DNA of 64,000 bases from Candidatus Nanohaloarchaea archaeon (GTDB lineage Archaea > Nanohalarchaeota > Nanosalinia > Nanosalinales > Nanosalinaceae). Shown here piece by piece: positions 29,037-38,322 of the stretch. The stretch's first letter is position 1; every line of letters starts with the position of its first letter. Below the pieces are notes generated by a model. That model was not told the DNA's origin. It worked only from the letters and a program-made list of their open reading frames with translations, and searched no databases. A program made the translations under genes and the position numbers. Location of the stretch: NCBI GenBank assembly GCA_013343275.1, contig CP046106.1, forward strand, positions 480,001 to 544,000. The letters run 5' to 3'.

Positions 29037-30440
29037 ATGTCAGAGAAGGGGGGTGAGAAGAGGCCGCAGGACTGGAAGATACGCCAGTACTACGAACAGG
29101 AAGGCCTTAAGGAGAAGATTCTTGACATAGCTGAGTACCGCGAGATCGCTCCTACCTACCCAAACGGTTACGGTAAAAGGCCTGATGCCATCAACTTTCC
29201 AGGCGACTTCCAGGCCCTGGTTGAGGACGGTGCGGTCGCGTTCCATGCCTCTGTTGAGCGGTGGCGTAACCCTCTGCTGATCGACAATGTTTCTGACCTG
29301 GATCAGCTGCGTGAGGCCTGGGATCTGGTAATAGATATCGACTGCGACCACTCATTTGAACTTGCGAAAGATACTGCAGAACTTGTTCTCCGCGAACTGA
29401 AGGATCACGGTATCGAGAATATCAGTGTAAAATTCTCCGGTAACCGTGGATTCCATATCGGAGTCAGGGGGGAGGCCTTCCCTCAGGAGATCGACCAGCA
29501 GGAAATCTCCGATCTATACCCTCGGCTTCCGCGAGGAATAATTGATTACATCCGCGAGAACCTCAGAGATGAAATGGTAGAGCTAATCAAAGAATACGGC
29601 CTGGAGGAGAAGATGGAGACCGACAACGGCAGGAAGCCGTACAAGGTCTCCGATATAGAGAATGACTGGGGTCAGCGCCACCTTTTCAGAATGCCTTACT
29701 CTCTGCACGACGGTTCGTGGCTGGTATCACTGCCGATCGAAATCGACCATATACAGGACTTCGAGAAAGAAGAGGCCGAGATCGACAATGTTGAGTTCGA
29801 AACCGATTTCCTCGACGAGTATGAGGAGGGAGAGGCCACTAACCTTGCAGTACAGGCCATGGATTTCCTGGCCGAGCAGGAGGAAGAGCGGAGGGAAGAG
29901 ATCCAGAAGAAGCAGGATCGAGATTTTGAGAGGCCTGAAGATGCTATCCCCGAACAGCATTTCCCTCCTACGATAAAGAATATTCTGGAAGGCCTAGAAG
30001 ATGGCCGTAAGAGAGGTCTATTTATTCTGCTTAATTTCTACCGTACCGTTGGTTATTCATGGGAGGAGATAGAGTCTAAAATCTGGTCGTGGAATGAACG
30101 GAATAAGGAAGAGCTTGGTGAGACTTACGTGAAGTCACAGCTTCGATGGCACCGTGAGAGAAGCGAGGACGTCCCTCCCCCAAACTACGATTCAAACGGT
30201 TACTACAAGGATATGGGCGTCTATGAAGGAGATAACCTAGAGGAGCAGGTTTCCAACCCTGTAAGTTATGCTTTCCGGAAGGCCAACAGGCGCCAGAACA
30301 GTGAAGAAGATGAAGAGGAAAGCAATGAGAGCGATGAGGTTATGGAGTGTCCTTACTGCGGCAAGGAGTACAAATCCGAAGGTTATTACAAGAAGCACGT
30401 GGAGCAGTGCAACGAGGACCTAGAGGTAAAAAAGCTTTAG
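29037..30440 (+). CDS. priSL: Fused DNA primase PriS-PriL (DPANN type) with C-terminal zinc finger
   Basis: WDLVIDID, KFSGNRGFH and RMPYSLH (PriS), then FPPTIKNIL..GRKR (PriL/PriX-like), then CPYC..H..C; located between PCNA and GINS. Confidence 0.88.
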   Translation: MSEKGGEKRPQDWKIRQYYEQEGLKEKILDIAEYREIAPTYPNGYGKRPDAINFPGDFQALVEDGAVAFHASVERWRNPLLIDNVSDLDQLREAWDLVIDIDCDHSFELAKDTAELVLRELKDHGIENISVKFSGNRGFHIGVRGEAFPQEIDQQEISDLYPRLPRGIIDYIRENLRDEMVELIKEYGLEEKMETDNGRKPYKVSDIENDWGQRHLFRMPYSLHDGSWLVSLPIEIDHIQDFEKEEAEIDNVEFETDFLDEYEEGEATNLAVQAMDFLAEQEEERREEIQKKQDRDFERPEDAIPEQHFPPTIKNILEGLEDGRKRGLFILLNFYRTVGYSWEEIESKIWSWNERNKEELGETYVKSQLRWHRERSEDVPPPNYDSNGYYKDMGVYEGDNLEEQVSNPVSYAFRKANRRQNSEEDEEESNESDEVMECPYCGKEYKSEGYYKKHVEQCNEDLEVKKL

Positions 30441-30458
30441 CAGGTGTAGAGTATATAG

Positions 30459-31139
30459 ATGTCAGAAAACGCGTTAACCTTCAGCGAACTTAGAAAGATA
30501 CAGAAAGAAGAGAAAAGAGAGGAAGACCTAACAGAGCTAGGAGAAGACTTCCTGTTACGAGTATCCAACTATCTGAGATCCAAAAAAGAGAAGTCAGGAG
30601 AAGGCCGCGAATACAAGAACGCCAAAAGAGTTTTCGAGAAAATTATATCGCTCAGAGAAGACAAAGTAGTTAAAAACGCCAAGATATCGGTCAAAACAGA
30701 AGATCTAAGTTCTGACGATCTCATGCTGCCAAGAGAAAAAGAACTCTACAGGCAGCTGAAGGAAGTATTCAACGACCACAGAAACAGGATTGACGAGATA
30801 GTGGATTCAAGCAGCGAGATAGAGGAACTAGAAACGCCGGAAACTCAGCCAGAGCCAGAAGCTACCGATGAGAGCCAGGAACAGGTGGACGGAGATACAG
30901 AAGAGGAAGAACCAGAAGTAGAGAACGACGAAGACAGTAGCGAGGAACAGGAAGGTGCTGAGAGCAGTGAAGAAGACGTAGAGGAAGGATATACCAAGGT
31001 AAAAATAACTTCAGAAGTTCCAGAGTTCATGGGAACCGATCTCGAAACCTACGGGCCTTTCGATGAAGGGGAAGAAGCCAGCCTACCGGAAGACAACGCA
31101 GAAATTCTCGTAAACCGCGGTAATGCCGAAGAACTGTAA
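30459..31139 (+). CDS. GINS complex protein (GINS15/51)
   Basis: Helical A domain, acidic linker and B domain PEFMGTDLETYGPF..NAEILVNRG. Confidence 0.85.
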   Translation: MSENALTFSELRKIQKEEKREEDLTELGEDFLLRVSNYLRSKKEKSGEGREYKNAKRVFEKIISLREDKVVKNAKISVKTEDLSSDDLMLPREKELYRQLKEVFNDHRNRIDEIVDSSSEIEELETPETQPEPEATDESQEQVDGDTEEEEPEVENDEDSSEEQEGAESSEEDVEEGYTKVKITSEVPEFMGTDLETYGPFDEGEEASLPEDNAEILVNRGNAEEL

Positions 31140-31151
31140 TCTATACTAAAA

Positions 31152-31790
31152 ATGGTATCAAAAGTCTACGCTGTCAGCGGATCGTTAATAACAGAAAACC
31201 TTGACGAGCTAGGAGAACTAGCAGAGGCCCTAGAGAAGAACGAGGACCAGATACTTGTCGTTACAGGAGCTGGAGGCCTCAAAGAGTATATCTATTCTGC
31301 GGGAGAGTTCGGCAACCAGGGAGAACAGGATCTGGTTGGCATCGCGGCCACACGCCTGAATGCAAAGACCTTGATGACAGCAATGGAGGCCTACCCAGAT
31401 ACTCCTGAGACTGCCGAGGAGATCAGGACGGCGGCCTCTACCGAATTGAACGTTGTGATGGGAGGCCTTACTCCAGGCCACTCTACTGATGCTGTAGCTG
31501 CTATTGCTGCAGAGCTTCTGGAGGCCGAACTGTATATAGCCACCAGTATTGACGGAGTCTACAACAAGAATCCTGAGGCCGAGGATGCGAAGAAGCTTGA
31601 TGAGGTTACTCCGGAAGAGCTGAAAGGTATTATCGACGGGAACAACGAGGCCGGGCGTCACGAGTTGATCGATTCGACCGCTGTTGAGATAATCGAGCGT
31701 TCACGGACGGAGACCAAGATTTTTGAGGGAACATTCGAGAATATTGAGAGGCCTGGCAGTGCTGACGGCACCAGGATTGTTCATGAGTAG
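31152..31790 (+). CDS. pyrH: UMP kinase
   Basis: VVTGAGG, GIAATRLNA, PGHSTDAVAA and DGVY..NP motifs. Confidence 0.88.
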   Translation: MVSKVYAVSGSLITENLDELGELAEALEKNEDQILVVTGAGGLKEYIYSAGEFGNQGEQDLVGIAATRLNAKTLMTAMEAYPDTPETAEEIRTAASTELNVVMGGLTPGHSTDAVAAIAAELLEAELYIATSIDGVYNKNPEAEDAKKLDEVTPEELKGIIDGNNEAGRHELIDSTAVEIIERSRTETKIFEGTFENIERPGSADGTRIVHE

Positions 31791-31844
31791 TTTCAGGAGT
31801 GATGGTTCGGAGGCCTTTTAAAGTTTAATCTCGAGGGTTTTGGT

Positions 31845-32147
31845 ATGGTAAAGATTCCAAAAGAGCAGAGAAGGTACTGTCCTCACTGCGATAAGCATAC
31901 GGAGCAGACAGTGAAAGAAGTTACTAATCGCTCCACAAGCCAGATGAGCAAGAAGCACCGTAAGCGTCAGAGAAAGATCGATAACGGTTACGGATCATTC
32001 CCTTATGAGAATCCGGCGAATCGTAGCCGTGGTGGATCCAATCCTACTTCAGAGAAGAAGGATCTGCAGTTCAACTGCAAGGAATGCGGTAAATCCTGGA
32101 AACCTAGAAACGCTCTTCGAGCTGCGAAGTTCGAGATCGAACGGTGA
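31845..32147 (+). CDS. rpl44e: 50S ribosomal protein L44e
   Basis: YCPHCDKHT..CKECGK; conserved context. Confidence 0.92.
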   Translation: MVKIPKEQRRYCPHCDKHTEQTVKEVTNRSTSQMSKKHRKRQRKIDNGYGSFPYENPANRSRGGSNPTSEKKDLQFNCKECGKSWKPRNALRAAKFEIER

Positions 32148-32214
32148 TTCAATAATGACCGAAAATCAGAGATTTTCTGAGCAAGCAAAAAATCACAGAG
32201 GTGATTTTTGAATG
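32143..32214 (-). repeat. Double-hairpin unit with duplicated SD/start region upstream of rps27e
   Basis: GGTGATTCAATAATG (32143) and GGTGATTTTTGAATG (32200) flank hairpins GAAAATC/GATTTTC and CAAAAAATCAC/GTGATTTTTG. Confidence 0.75.
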
Positions 32215-32385
32215 GCAAGAAACTTTGTAAGAGTAAAATGCAGTGAATGTGGCAACGAACAGACAACTTTCTCCAGAGCATCTACAGAAGTAGAATGCCT
32301 GGTATGTGGAGAAGTTCTCGCGAAGCCAACCGGCGGAAAAGCCGAGTTCCCTGGCGAAGTAGTTCGAGAACTTTCAGTAGAATAA
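32212..32385 (+). CDS. rps27e: 30S ribosomal protein S27e
   Basis: Hand translation [44 protein letters not shown]... Confidence 0.95.
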   Translation: MARNFVRVKCSECGNEQTTFSRASTEVECLVCGEVLAKPTGGKAEFPGEVVRELSVE

Positions 32386-32471
32386 ATTTTCCCTTCTACT
32401 TACTCCCTATCCTAATTTTTACTTTCTAACAGTTCGATTCTCTTTTAAAAATCACTTATCATCATTTCTCT

Positions 32472-33227
32472 ATGCGCTGGTACAAAGACAAACCTGATGA
32501 AGGAGACTTCGTAGTAATAACCCTGACGGACGTAGACAAGAACTCTGCATACGCAGATCTGGACGAATACGAAGACCTGACAGGCCTGATCCACATCTCG
32601 GAAGTATCAAGATCCTGGATCCAGGACATCAGAAAAGAACTGAGCGAAGGCGAAAAGACAGTTGCACAGGTAGTAGATACCGAAGACGACAACATCAGCC
32701 TTTCCATCAAGAGAGTAAACGATAATCAGAAAAGAGAAAGCATGGCCCGATGGAAAAAAGAACAGAAGGCCGAAAGCTTTGTAGAAGAACTAGCCGACAA
32801 ACTAGACCGCGACAAAGAAGATTTATTCGACGAAGTAGTCTTCCCTATGCAACGCGAGTTCGGATCCAGCTTCCACGGCTTTGAAATCGCAGAGGCCCGC
32901 GAAGAAGAACTGCAGGAGCTTTTCGACGAAGAAGTAGTGGATGCCATCCAGGAAGTGGCCCGCGAGAATATTAATTTGAAGCAGGAGAAGCTTGAAGGAG
33001 AGCTGGAGATTGCCTTCGATCAGAGCGATGGAGTCGAGCGTTTGAAAGATGCTCTTTCCGAAGTTGAAGAAGGTGTCGAGATAAAGTATGTTTCCGCTCC
33101 AACGTACTCCATCACAGCTTGGGGCCGCACACAGGAGCTGGCGAAGAAGAGAATGGACGAGTCTGTTCGAACTATCCGAGAAAAAGCCGAGGACATGGAT
33201 GGAGAGTTCGAGTTCAACAGGGCATAG
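32472..33227 (+). CDS. eif2a: Translation initiation factor aIF2 alpha
   Basis: S1 domain GLIHISEVSRSWI..LSIKRV, and YVSAPTY. Confidence 0.93.
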   Translation: MRWYKDKPDEGDFVVITLTDVDKNSAYADLDEYEDLTGLIHISEVSRSWIQDIRKELSEGEKTVAQVVDTEDDNISLSIKRVNDNQKRESMARWKKEQKAESFVEELADKLDRDKEDLFDEVVFPMQREFGSSFHGFEIAEAREEELQELFDEEVVDAIQEVARENINLKQEKLEGELEIAFDQSDGVERLKDALSEVEEGVEIKYVSAPTYSITAWGRTQELAKKRMDESVRTIREKAEDMDGEFEFNRA

Positions 33228-33231
33228 TCCG

Positions 33232-33375
33232 ATGATTAAAAAGTGTCCGAACTGCAATTCTTACACGTTGAAGGACGAGCACTGCGGTGAAGAGACGGAG
33301 AGCGCAAGGCCTCCGAAGTTCTCATTTCCCGATAGTTACGGAGAGTACCGCAGAAAAATGAAGAAACAGTCCTGA
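33232..33375 (+). CDS. nop10: H/ACA RNP protein Nop10
   Basis: MIKKCPNCNSYTLK..PPKFS..YGEYRR. Confidence 0.9.
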   Translation: MIKKCPNCNSYTLKDEHCGEETESARPPKFSFPDSYGEYRRKMKKQS

Positions 33376-33395
33376 AACCAAAGGTGTACAAATTA

Positions 33396-34175
33396 ATGGG
33401 AAAGACTAAGATCCAGATGACTGCTGAACAGGAAACAGAAAACCCTCTATTTATCGAAGGGCTTGCAGGAGTAGGCCATATAGGCCGGAACAGCGTAAGC
33501 TATATTGCAGAGAAGATGGGTGCCAGAAAGATCGGCGAGATCTCATCATCACATTTCCCTCCTTATGCAATCGTCAGCGACGAGAAAACAGTACAGACTA
33601 TCAAGAACGAGATTTACGAGCTCGAGAGGGAAGATCAGCAGGATATTGTATTCCTTGAAGGAAACGCGCAGGCCAACAACCCTGAAGGCCATCACGAAGT
33701 AGCAGACAAAGTTATGGATCTCGTTGAACAGGTGGGCGCCACTGAGATCGTGACTGTAGGCGGCTACGGAACCGGAGATGTAGTTGAGGAACCCGATGTA
33801 ATGGGGGTAACTACTGAAGAAGAACTTCAGGAGAAGTACGGAGAATACGATATTACTTTCGAACACGATGTAGAACAGGTTGTCGGAGTATCAGGCCTTC
33901 TGCTCGGTCTTGCACAGGAAAGAGGTTATGAAGGAATATGTATACTTGGAGAGACTCCTGGCTTCCTCTTGAGCGATCCAAAATCCACCGAGACTGTTAT
34001 CAAGGTGATCGAGAGCATAATTGATGCAGATCTTGACTTCACAGACCTTGACGAAAAGGTTGAGGAGTCTCAGGAGATTCTTAAAAAGATTAGGAACCTG
34101 AAAGATAAACAGGGACAGGGCCAGGACCAGGATGGTCAAAAAGGACAGGCTCCTGACCTGGGATACATAGGTTGA
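33396..34175 (+). CDS. PAC2 family proteasome assembly chaperone
   Basis: [17 protein letters not shown] and GETPG..DPKS motifs; follows nop10. Confidence 0.88.
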   Translation: MGKTKIQMTAEQETENPLFIEGLAGVGHIGRNSVSYIAEKMGARKIGEISSSHFPPYAIVSDEKTVQTIKNEIYELEREDQQDIVFLEGNAQANNPEGHHEVADKVMDLVEQVGATEIVTVGGYGTGDVVEEPDVMGVTTEEELQEKYGEYDITFEHDVEQVVGVSGLLLGLAQERGYEGICILGETPGFLLSDPKSTETVIKVIESIIDADLDFTDLDEKVEESQEILKKIRNLKDKQGQGQDQDGQKGQAPDLGYIG

Positions 34176-34182
34176 TACACAA

Positions 34183-34347
34183 ATGAAAGACTACACAAGA
34201 TACGAGAAGGCCCGAATTCTGGGAGCAAGAAGCCTGCAGATAGCGATGGGCGCACCATCTTTCGTCGAATCCAGCGATAAAGAGAATCCGATAGACATAG
34301 CGAAGAAGGAGATGGAGGACGACAAGCTTCCGATCACAGTCAAATAG
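34183..34347 (+). CDS. rpoK: RNA polymerase subunit K (Rpo6)
   Basis: Hand translation [31 protein letters not shown]. Confidence 0.95.
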   Translation: MKDYTRYEKARILGARSLQIAMGAPSFVESSDKENPIDIAKKEMEDDKLPITVK

Positions 34348-34390
34348 GGAATACCCTATTTTTTATTCCACTTTTCTCAATTAACTCTAC

Positions 34391-35512
34391 ATGGAACTCC
34401 GAAATATAGAGCTCAGAGAGATAATCGATTCAAGAACAAAACCTACCGTAGAGGCCGAAGTAAACAACTCTTACGGGAAAGCGCCTTCCGGAGCATCAAC
34501 CGGCACACACGAGGCCAAATGCTTCGTACCAGATCACCTGGAGCATGTAGAAGAACTTGTCCAGAAACTGGAAGGTCGCGACCTCTCACAGCAGGAGTTC
34601 GACCAGGAACTGCATAAAATCGATGGTACAGAAGACTTCTCGCGGCTAGGGGCTGCGGCTATAGCATCGAGCTTCGCATTCAAAAACGCCGACGGATTCG
34701 AAAACACAGAAAACTTTCCACTGCCGCTGAGCAACGTGATCGGCGGGGGAGAGCACGGAGGAAACACCAGTATCCAGGAGTTCCTAGTACTGCCTGTAAA
34801 CGCCGACACATTTCCAGAGGCCTTAGAGACCAACCGAAAAATCTATCAGGAGCTTAAAGAGCGGTACGCCTCGAAGATCAAGGGTATCAACGATGAAGGA
34901 GCATTAATCACATCTATGGATGATGAGGCTACACTAAAAGCGCTGAAGAAAGTTGCAGACAAGCATGAGGCCCGTATAGGCCTGGATATTGCAGCTTCAG
35001 AGTTCTACTCTGATGGAGAGTACAGAATGACCTCTCTGGGCGAGACTCATACTGCCGAGGAGCATCTGGATTTTGTTCAGATGTTGATCGATGAGTTTGA
35101 ACTAGTCTACGTTGAAGATCCTTTCGATCAGGAAGACTTCACCATGCACGCCAAGCTTACGCGCCAGAATCCAGAAGTCATGATCTGCGGTGACGACCTC
35201 TTTACCACTGATAAGGAGAGGCTGCAGCAGGGAATTGAACAGGACTCATGCAACTCTCTGATCGTCAAACCTAACCAGATCGGAACAGTAACCGATGCAA
35301 GAGAAACCGTGGAACTCGCCAAAGAAAACGACTATACCCCGGTAATCTCACACAGATCAGGAGAGACCTGCGACCACACGATCAGCGACCTGGCCCTGGA
35401 ATGGGAGTGCCCTGTAATCAAGGCCGGAATCGCAGACATAAGAATTGCAAAACTGAACAGGCTGCTCAGACTGTGGGACAAATCCGACAGACCAGAGATC
35501 AATATGGCCTGA
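34391..35512 (+). CDS. eno: Enolase
   Basis: PSGASTG, EDPF, GDDL, KPNQIGT and SHRSGET motifs. Confidence 0.93.
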   Translation: MELRNIELREIIDSRTKPTVEAEVNNSYGKAPSGASTGTHEAKCFVPDHLEHVEELVQKLEGRDLSQQEFDQELHKIDGTEDFSRLGAAAIASSFAFKNADGFENTENFPLPLSNVIGGGEHGGNTSIQEFLVLPVNADTFPEALETNRKIYQELKERYASKIKGINDEGALITSMDDEATLKALKKVADKHEARIGLDIAASEFYSDGEYRMTSLGETHTAEEHLDFVQMLIDEFELVYVEDPFDQEDFTMHAKLTRQNPEVMICGDDLFTTDKERLQQGIEQDSCNSLIVKPNQIGTVTDARETVELAKENDYTPVISHRSGETCDHTISDLALEWECPVIKAGIADIRIAKLNRLLRLWDKSDRPEINMA

Positions 35513-35554
35513 ACAATCGAGCCGTATTTAATATTTGTCTTTAAATAGCCGTGT

Positions 35555-36184
35555 ATGAGCGAAGAGGAAAACATGCTGGTCGATCGAGAACAGTACCTTG
35601 CCAATGGAGTCCACATTGGAACCAAGGCCCAACACACATCAATGGACAAGTACATCTTCCACGTAAAGAAAAACCAGTTGGCAGTTCTCAACCTTGAAGA
35701 CACAGATAAACAGATAAGAAAAGTCGCAGAAGTACTTGAAGACTACGATCCAGAAGAAATACTAGTTGTAGGTCGTACAGAACAGGCCCGTACACCAATC
35801 AAGGCATTCAGCGAAGCAATCGGATCCGAACTTATCGACGGACGTTTCATGCCAGGAACACTGACAAATCCAGAGTCGGAGAACTTTGTGGAGCCTGAAA
35901 TCGTAGTAGTATCTAATCCTGAAGAAGATGCACAGGCTATTCAGGAAGCACAGGATACCAATATTCCTGTAGTAGCTATCGCAGACTCTGAGAACGAAAT
36001 TGGGGAAATAGACTACGTTATCCCTGCAAACAACAAGGCAGAGAACTCTCTAGGCCTTGTCTACTTCCTTCTAGCTCGAGAGATCGCTGAGAACAAGGGA
36101 GAAGAGTTCAACTACGAGGTTTCTGACTTCGGCGCAGAGATCAAGGAAGCCGAGCCAGAAGAAGGAGACTCGGAAGAAGAGTAG
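35555..36184 (+). CDS. rps2: 30S ribosomal protein S2
   Basis: GVHIGT, GRFMPGTLTN and IPANNK motifs. Confidence 0.95.
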   Translation: MSEEENMLVDREQYLANGVHIGTKAQHTSMDKYIFHVKKNQLAVLNLEDTDKQIRKVAEVLEDYDPEEILVVGRTEQARTPIKAFSEAIGSELIDGRFMPGTLTNPESENFVEPEIVVVSNPEEDAQAIQEAQDTNIPVVAIADSENEIGEIDYVIPANNKAENSLGLVYFLLAREIAENKGEEFNYEVSDFGAEIKEAEPEEGDSEEE

Positions 36185-36331
36185 AATATCTTTTCTCCTG
36201 TCCTCGTCATCTCTTTTTCTATATTAACTGCAGGCCTCTAATTTCCGGTACGTAGTTCTTCTGTAACGCATTCTGATTGTATCTGTGACGGGTTTATTTA
36301 AACCGGCAGCGCGGTATAATACCATAGGGCT

Positions 36332-37192
36332 ATGTTTAATCTGGGCAACGATGATAAGGAGAAATTGAAGGAGAATATGGAGGAAATCAAAAACCTCGTT
36401 AACAATGAGGGTAACGACAGCGATCAGGACCAAGACCAGAAAAAGAGTCAGGCAGATAACGAAGGACAGCAGAAACCTGATTTCTCCGAAATGAACCAGG
36501 AAGCCGGACAAAAGCAGCAACAGGGTTTTTCAGGTCAGGCAAACAACCAGTCTCAGCAGCAGAACAGACAGCAAAACAGTACTAATTTCTCACAGCAGTC
36601 AGGCCAGTCTGACAGCAGCGCAGATGGCGAGAACCAGTTCCAGACCGGAGGTTCCAATGCATACAACCCATCAGAAGATAACTCCGGATTTCAGGATCAG
36701 AACAGTCAGAGATTCCAGGACAGCTCATCCGGTCAGACCCAGTCCAGCAACCAGCAGTTAAACAGCACCAGCTCAGATAACATGAGTCAGGACTTTGATG
36801 CAGAGCCAAACTCTAGAGACCGCAGCTCCCACGAAAACAATAATACTGATAGATCTATCTCGAACACGGAGAACAGCATAGATCAACAGAACCAGGGAAC
36901 CGATACCCAGACTGAGAGTACCGGTCAGAGATCAGCACCTCAATCAGCAGACTTCTCAAAAGGTAAAGAGGACTCGGAAACCATTTTTCTTACAGTAGAG
37001 CACTTCGACAAGCTGCAGGACCGGATAGAGGAAATGCGTTACCTTTCAAACGAGATCGAGGACGTAGTTGATCACCTTGAGGCCGGCGTTTCTGAAGACG
37101 AGAGAACAGAAGGTGAGGCCCAGCAGCTACTGGAAGATTTCAGCAGTAGGAGAGACCAGGTGGAGGACATTGTCTCCTCCCAGGAAGAATAA
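36332..37192 (+). CDS. Hypothetical protein with a long Q/S/N-rich disordered region and C-terminal coiled coil
   Basis: Amino-acid composition; helical termini. Confidence 0.75.
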   Translation: MFNLGNDDKEKLKENMEEIKNLVNNEGNDSDQDQDQKKSQADNEGQQKPDFSEMNQEAGQKQQQGFSGQANNQSQQQNRQQNSTNFSQQSGQSDSSADGENQFQTGGSNAYNPSEDNSGFQDQNSQRFQDSSSGQTQSSNQQLNSTSSDNMSQDFDAEPNSRDRSSHENNNTDRSISNTENSIDQQNQGTDTQTESTGQRSAPQSADFSKGKEDSETIFLTVEHFDKLQDRIEEMRYLSNEIEDVVDHLEAGVSEDERTEGEAQQLLEDFSSRRDQVEDIVSSQEE

Positions 37193-37218
37193 AAATTTCA
37201 GTCCTGACGTGATACTAT

Positions 37219-37449
37219 ATGGAAGATAGAGAGCAGATAGAGGCCTTACTGAGCGAGTACCGTGATGCGAACTCTCCTCTGGAAGAGGCAGAGTTTCTGA
37301 AAGATAAGCTTGTTGAGGCCCTGGAGGAAGCACCTTCCAGAACGGAGACTCAGAAGCATAACTTGAATCTTCTGATCCGGGATATTGAGGAGGAGCTTGA
37401 CTGGATTGAGAACGAGAAGCTGGCCGAATTCGATCCGGAGCAGCAGTAA
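37219..37449 (+). CDS. Small acidic hypothetical protein
   Basis: 76 aa helical ORF with typical acidic composition. Confidence 0.6.
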   Translation: MEDREQIEALLSEYRDANSPLEEAEFLKDKLVEALEEAPSRTETQKHNLNLLIRDIEEELDWIENEKLAEFDPEQQ

Positions 37450-37500
37450 ACTTGCTGAGGCCCGGGTATAAAAAAGTTCTCTTCTGTTTGTGTATTTACA

Positions 37501-37529
37501 ACCTTGATGAATTTCATTCATGGAGAGGT
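37501..37529 (+). promoter_or_regulatory. Candidate kink-turn in the L7Ae 5' UTR overlapping the SD
   Basis: ACC-TTGA-TGAAT-TTC-ATTCA-TGGAGA-GGT: hairpin with a C-box-like TGATGA and opposing GA. Confidence 0.6.
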
Positions 37530-37538
37530 AATTCAAAA

Positions 37539-37916
37539 ATGACATACCAAAAATTCGAGCCGGAAGAAACTTTAGCTGAACAAACCTACGATGCAGTTGA
37601 GAAAGCTGCTGATACAGGTAAAGTCGTTAAAGGAACAAACGAAGTTACAAAAGCAATCGAAAGAAATAACGCAGATCTAGTTGTAATCGCTGGAAACGTT
37701 TCTCCAGAAGAAATTGTAATGCATCTGCCTGCACTAGCCGAGGAAAGAGACATTTCCTACACATTCGTACCTGACAAGGAAGAACTTGGACTTGCAGCAG
37801 GCCTCGAAGTGCAGACAGCAGCTACAGCAGTTGTAGACGCTGGCAGCGCAGAAGACGATGTAGAAGACATCGCAAACAAAGCACAAGAACTCCTCGAAGC
37901 AGAAGAGGAAGAATAA
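37539..37916 (+). CDS. rpl7ae: 50S ribosomal protein L7Ae
   Basis: KGTNEVTKAIER..PEEIVMHLP. Confidence 0.96.
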   Translation: MTYQKFEPEETLAEQTYDAVEKAADTGKVVKGTNEVTKAIERNNADLVVIAGNVSPEEIVMHLPALAEERDISYTFVPDKEELGLAAGLEVQTAATAVVDAGSAEDDVEDIANKAQELLEAEEEE

Positions 37917-37938
37917 ACCTTTCCCTCAGTGATCAAAA

Positions 37939-38115
37939 ATGGTAATGGCTAAAATCATCGAAGTAATCGGAGACCAGGGCCACAGAAGCGTACGGAAAGT
38001 ACGGTGCCGGGTAATCGAAGGAAATGAAGAAGGAAAGATCCTGGTAAGAAACGTCCGTGGGCCAATCCGAGAAGACGATGTAGTACACATCAAAGAGACA
38101 GAGATGGAGGGATAG
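37939..38115 (+). CDS. rps28e: 30S ribosomal protein S28e
   Basis: Hand translation MVMAKIIEVIG..VRCRVIEG..RNVRGPIREDD. Confidence 0.93.
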   Translation: MVMAKIIEVIGDQGHRSVRKVRCRVIEGNEEGKILVRNVRGPIREDDVVHIKETEMEG

Positions 38116-38118
38116 AAA

Positions 38119-38274
38119 ATGGCTGAATGTTACTACTGCGGCGACGAAGTACCTAAAGGACAGGGCAAGATGCTAATCCTTAACTCAGGTGAAAGACTGC
38201 ATTTCTGCTCCGGAAAGTGCGAGAAGAACTACAAGAACAACCGGAGCCACCAGTACCCTGACAAAGAGAACTAA
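38119..38274 (+). CDS. rpl24e: 50S ribosomal protein L24e
   Basis: Hand translation MAECYYCG..GQGKM..FCSGKCEKN. Confidence 0.92.
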   Translation: MAECYYCGDEVPKGQGKMLILNSGERLHFCSGKCEKNYKNNRSHQYPDKEN

Positions 38275-38322
38275 CCAAGTTCTCAAACATTTATTTTCCT
38301 TCTCTATTAATTTTCTGTATAG

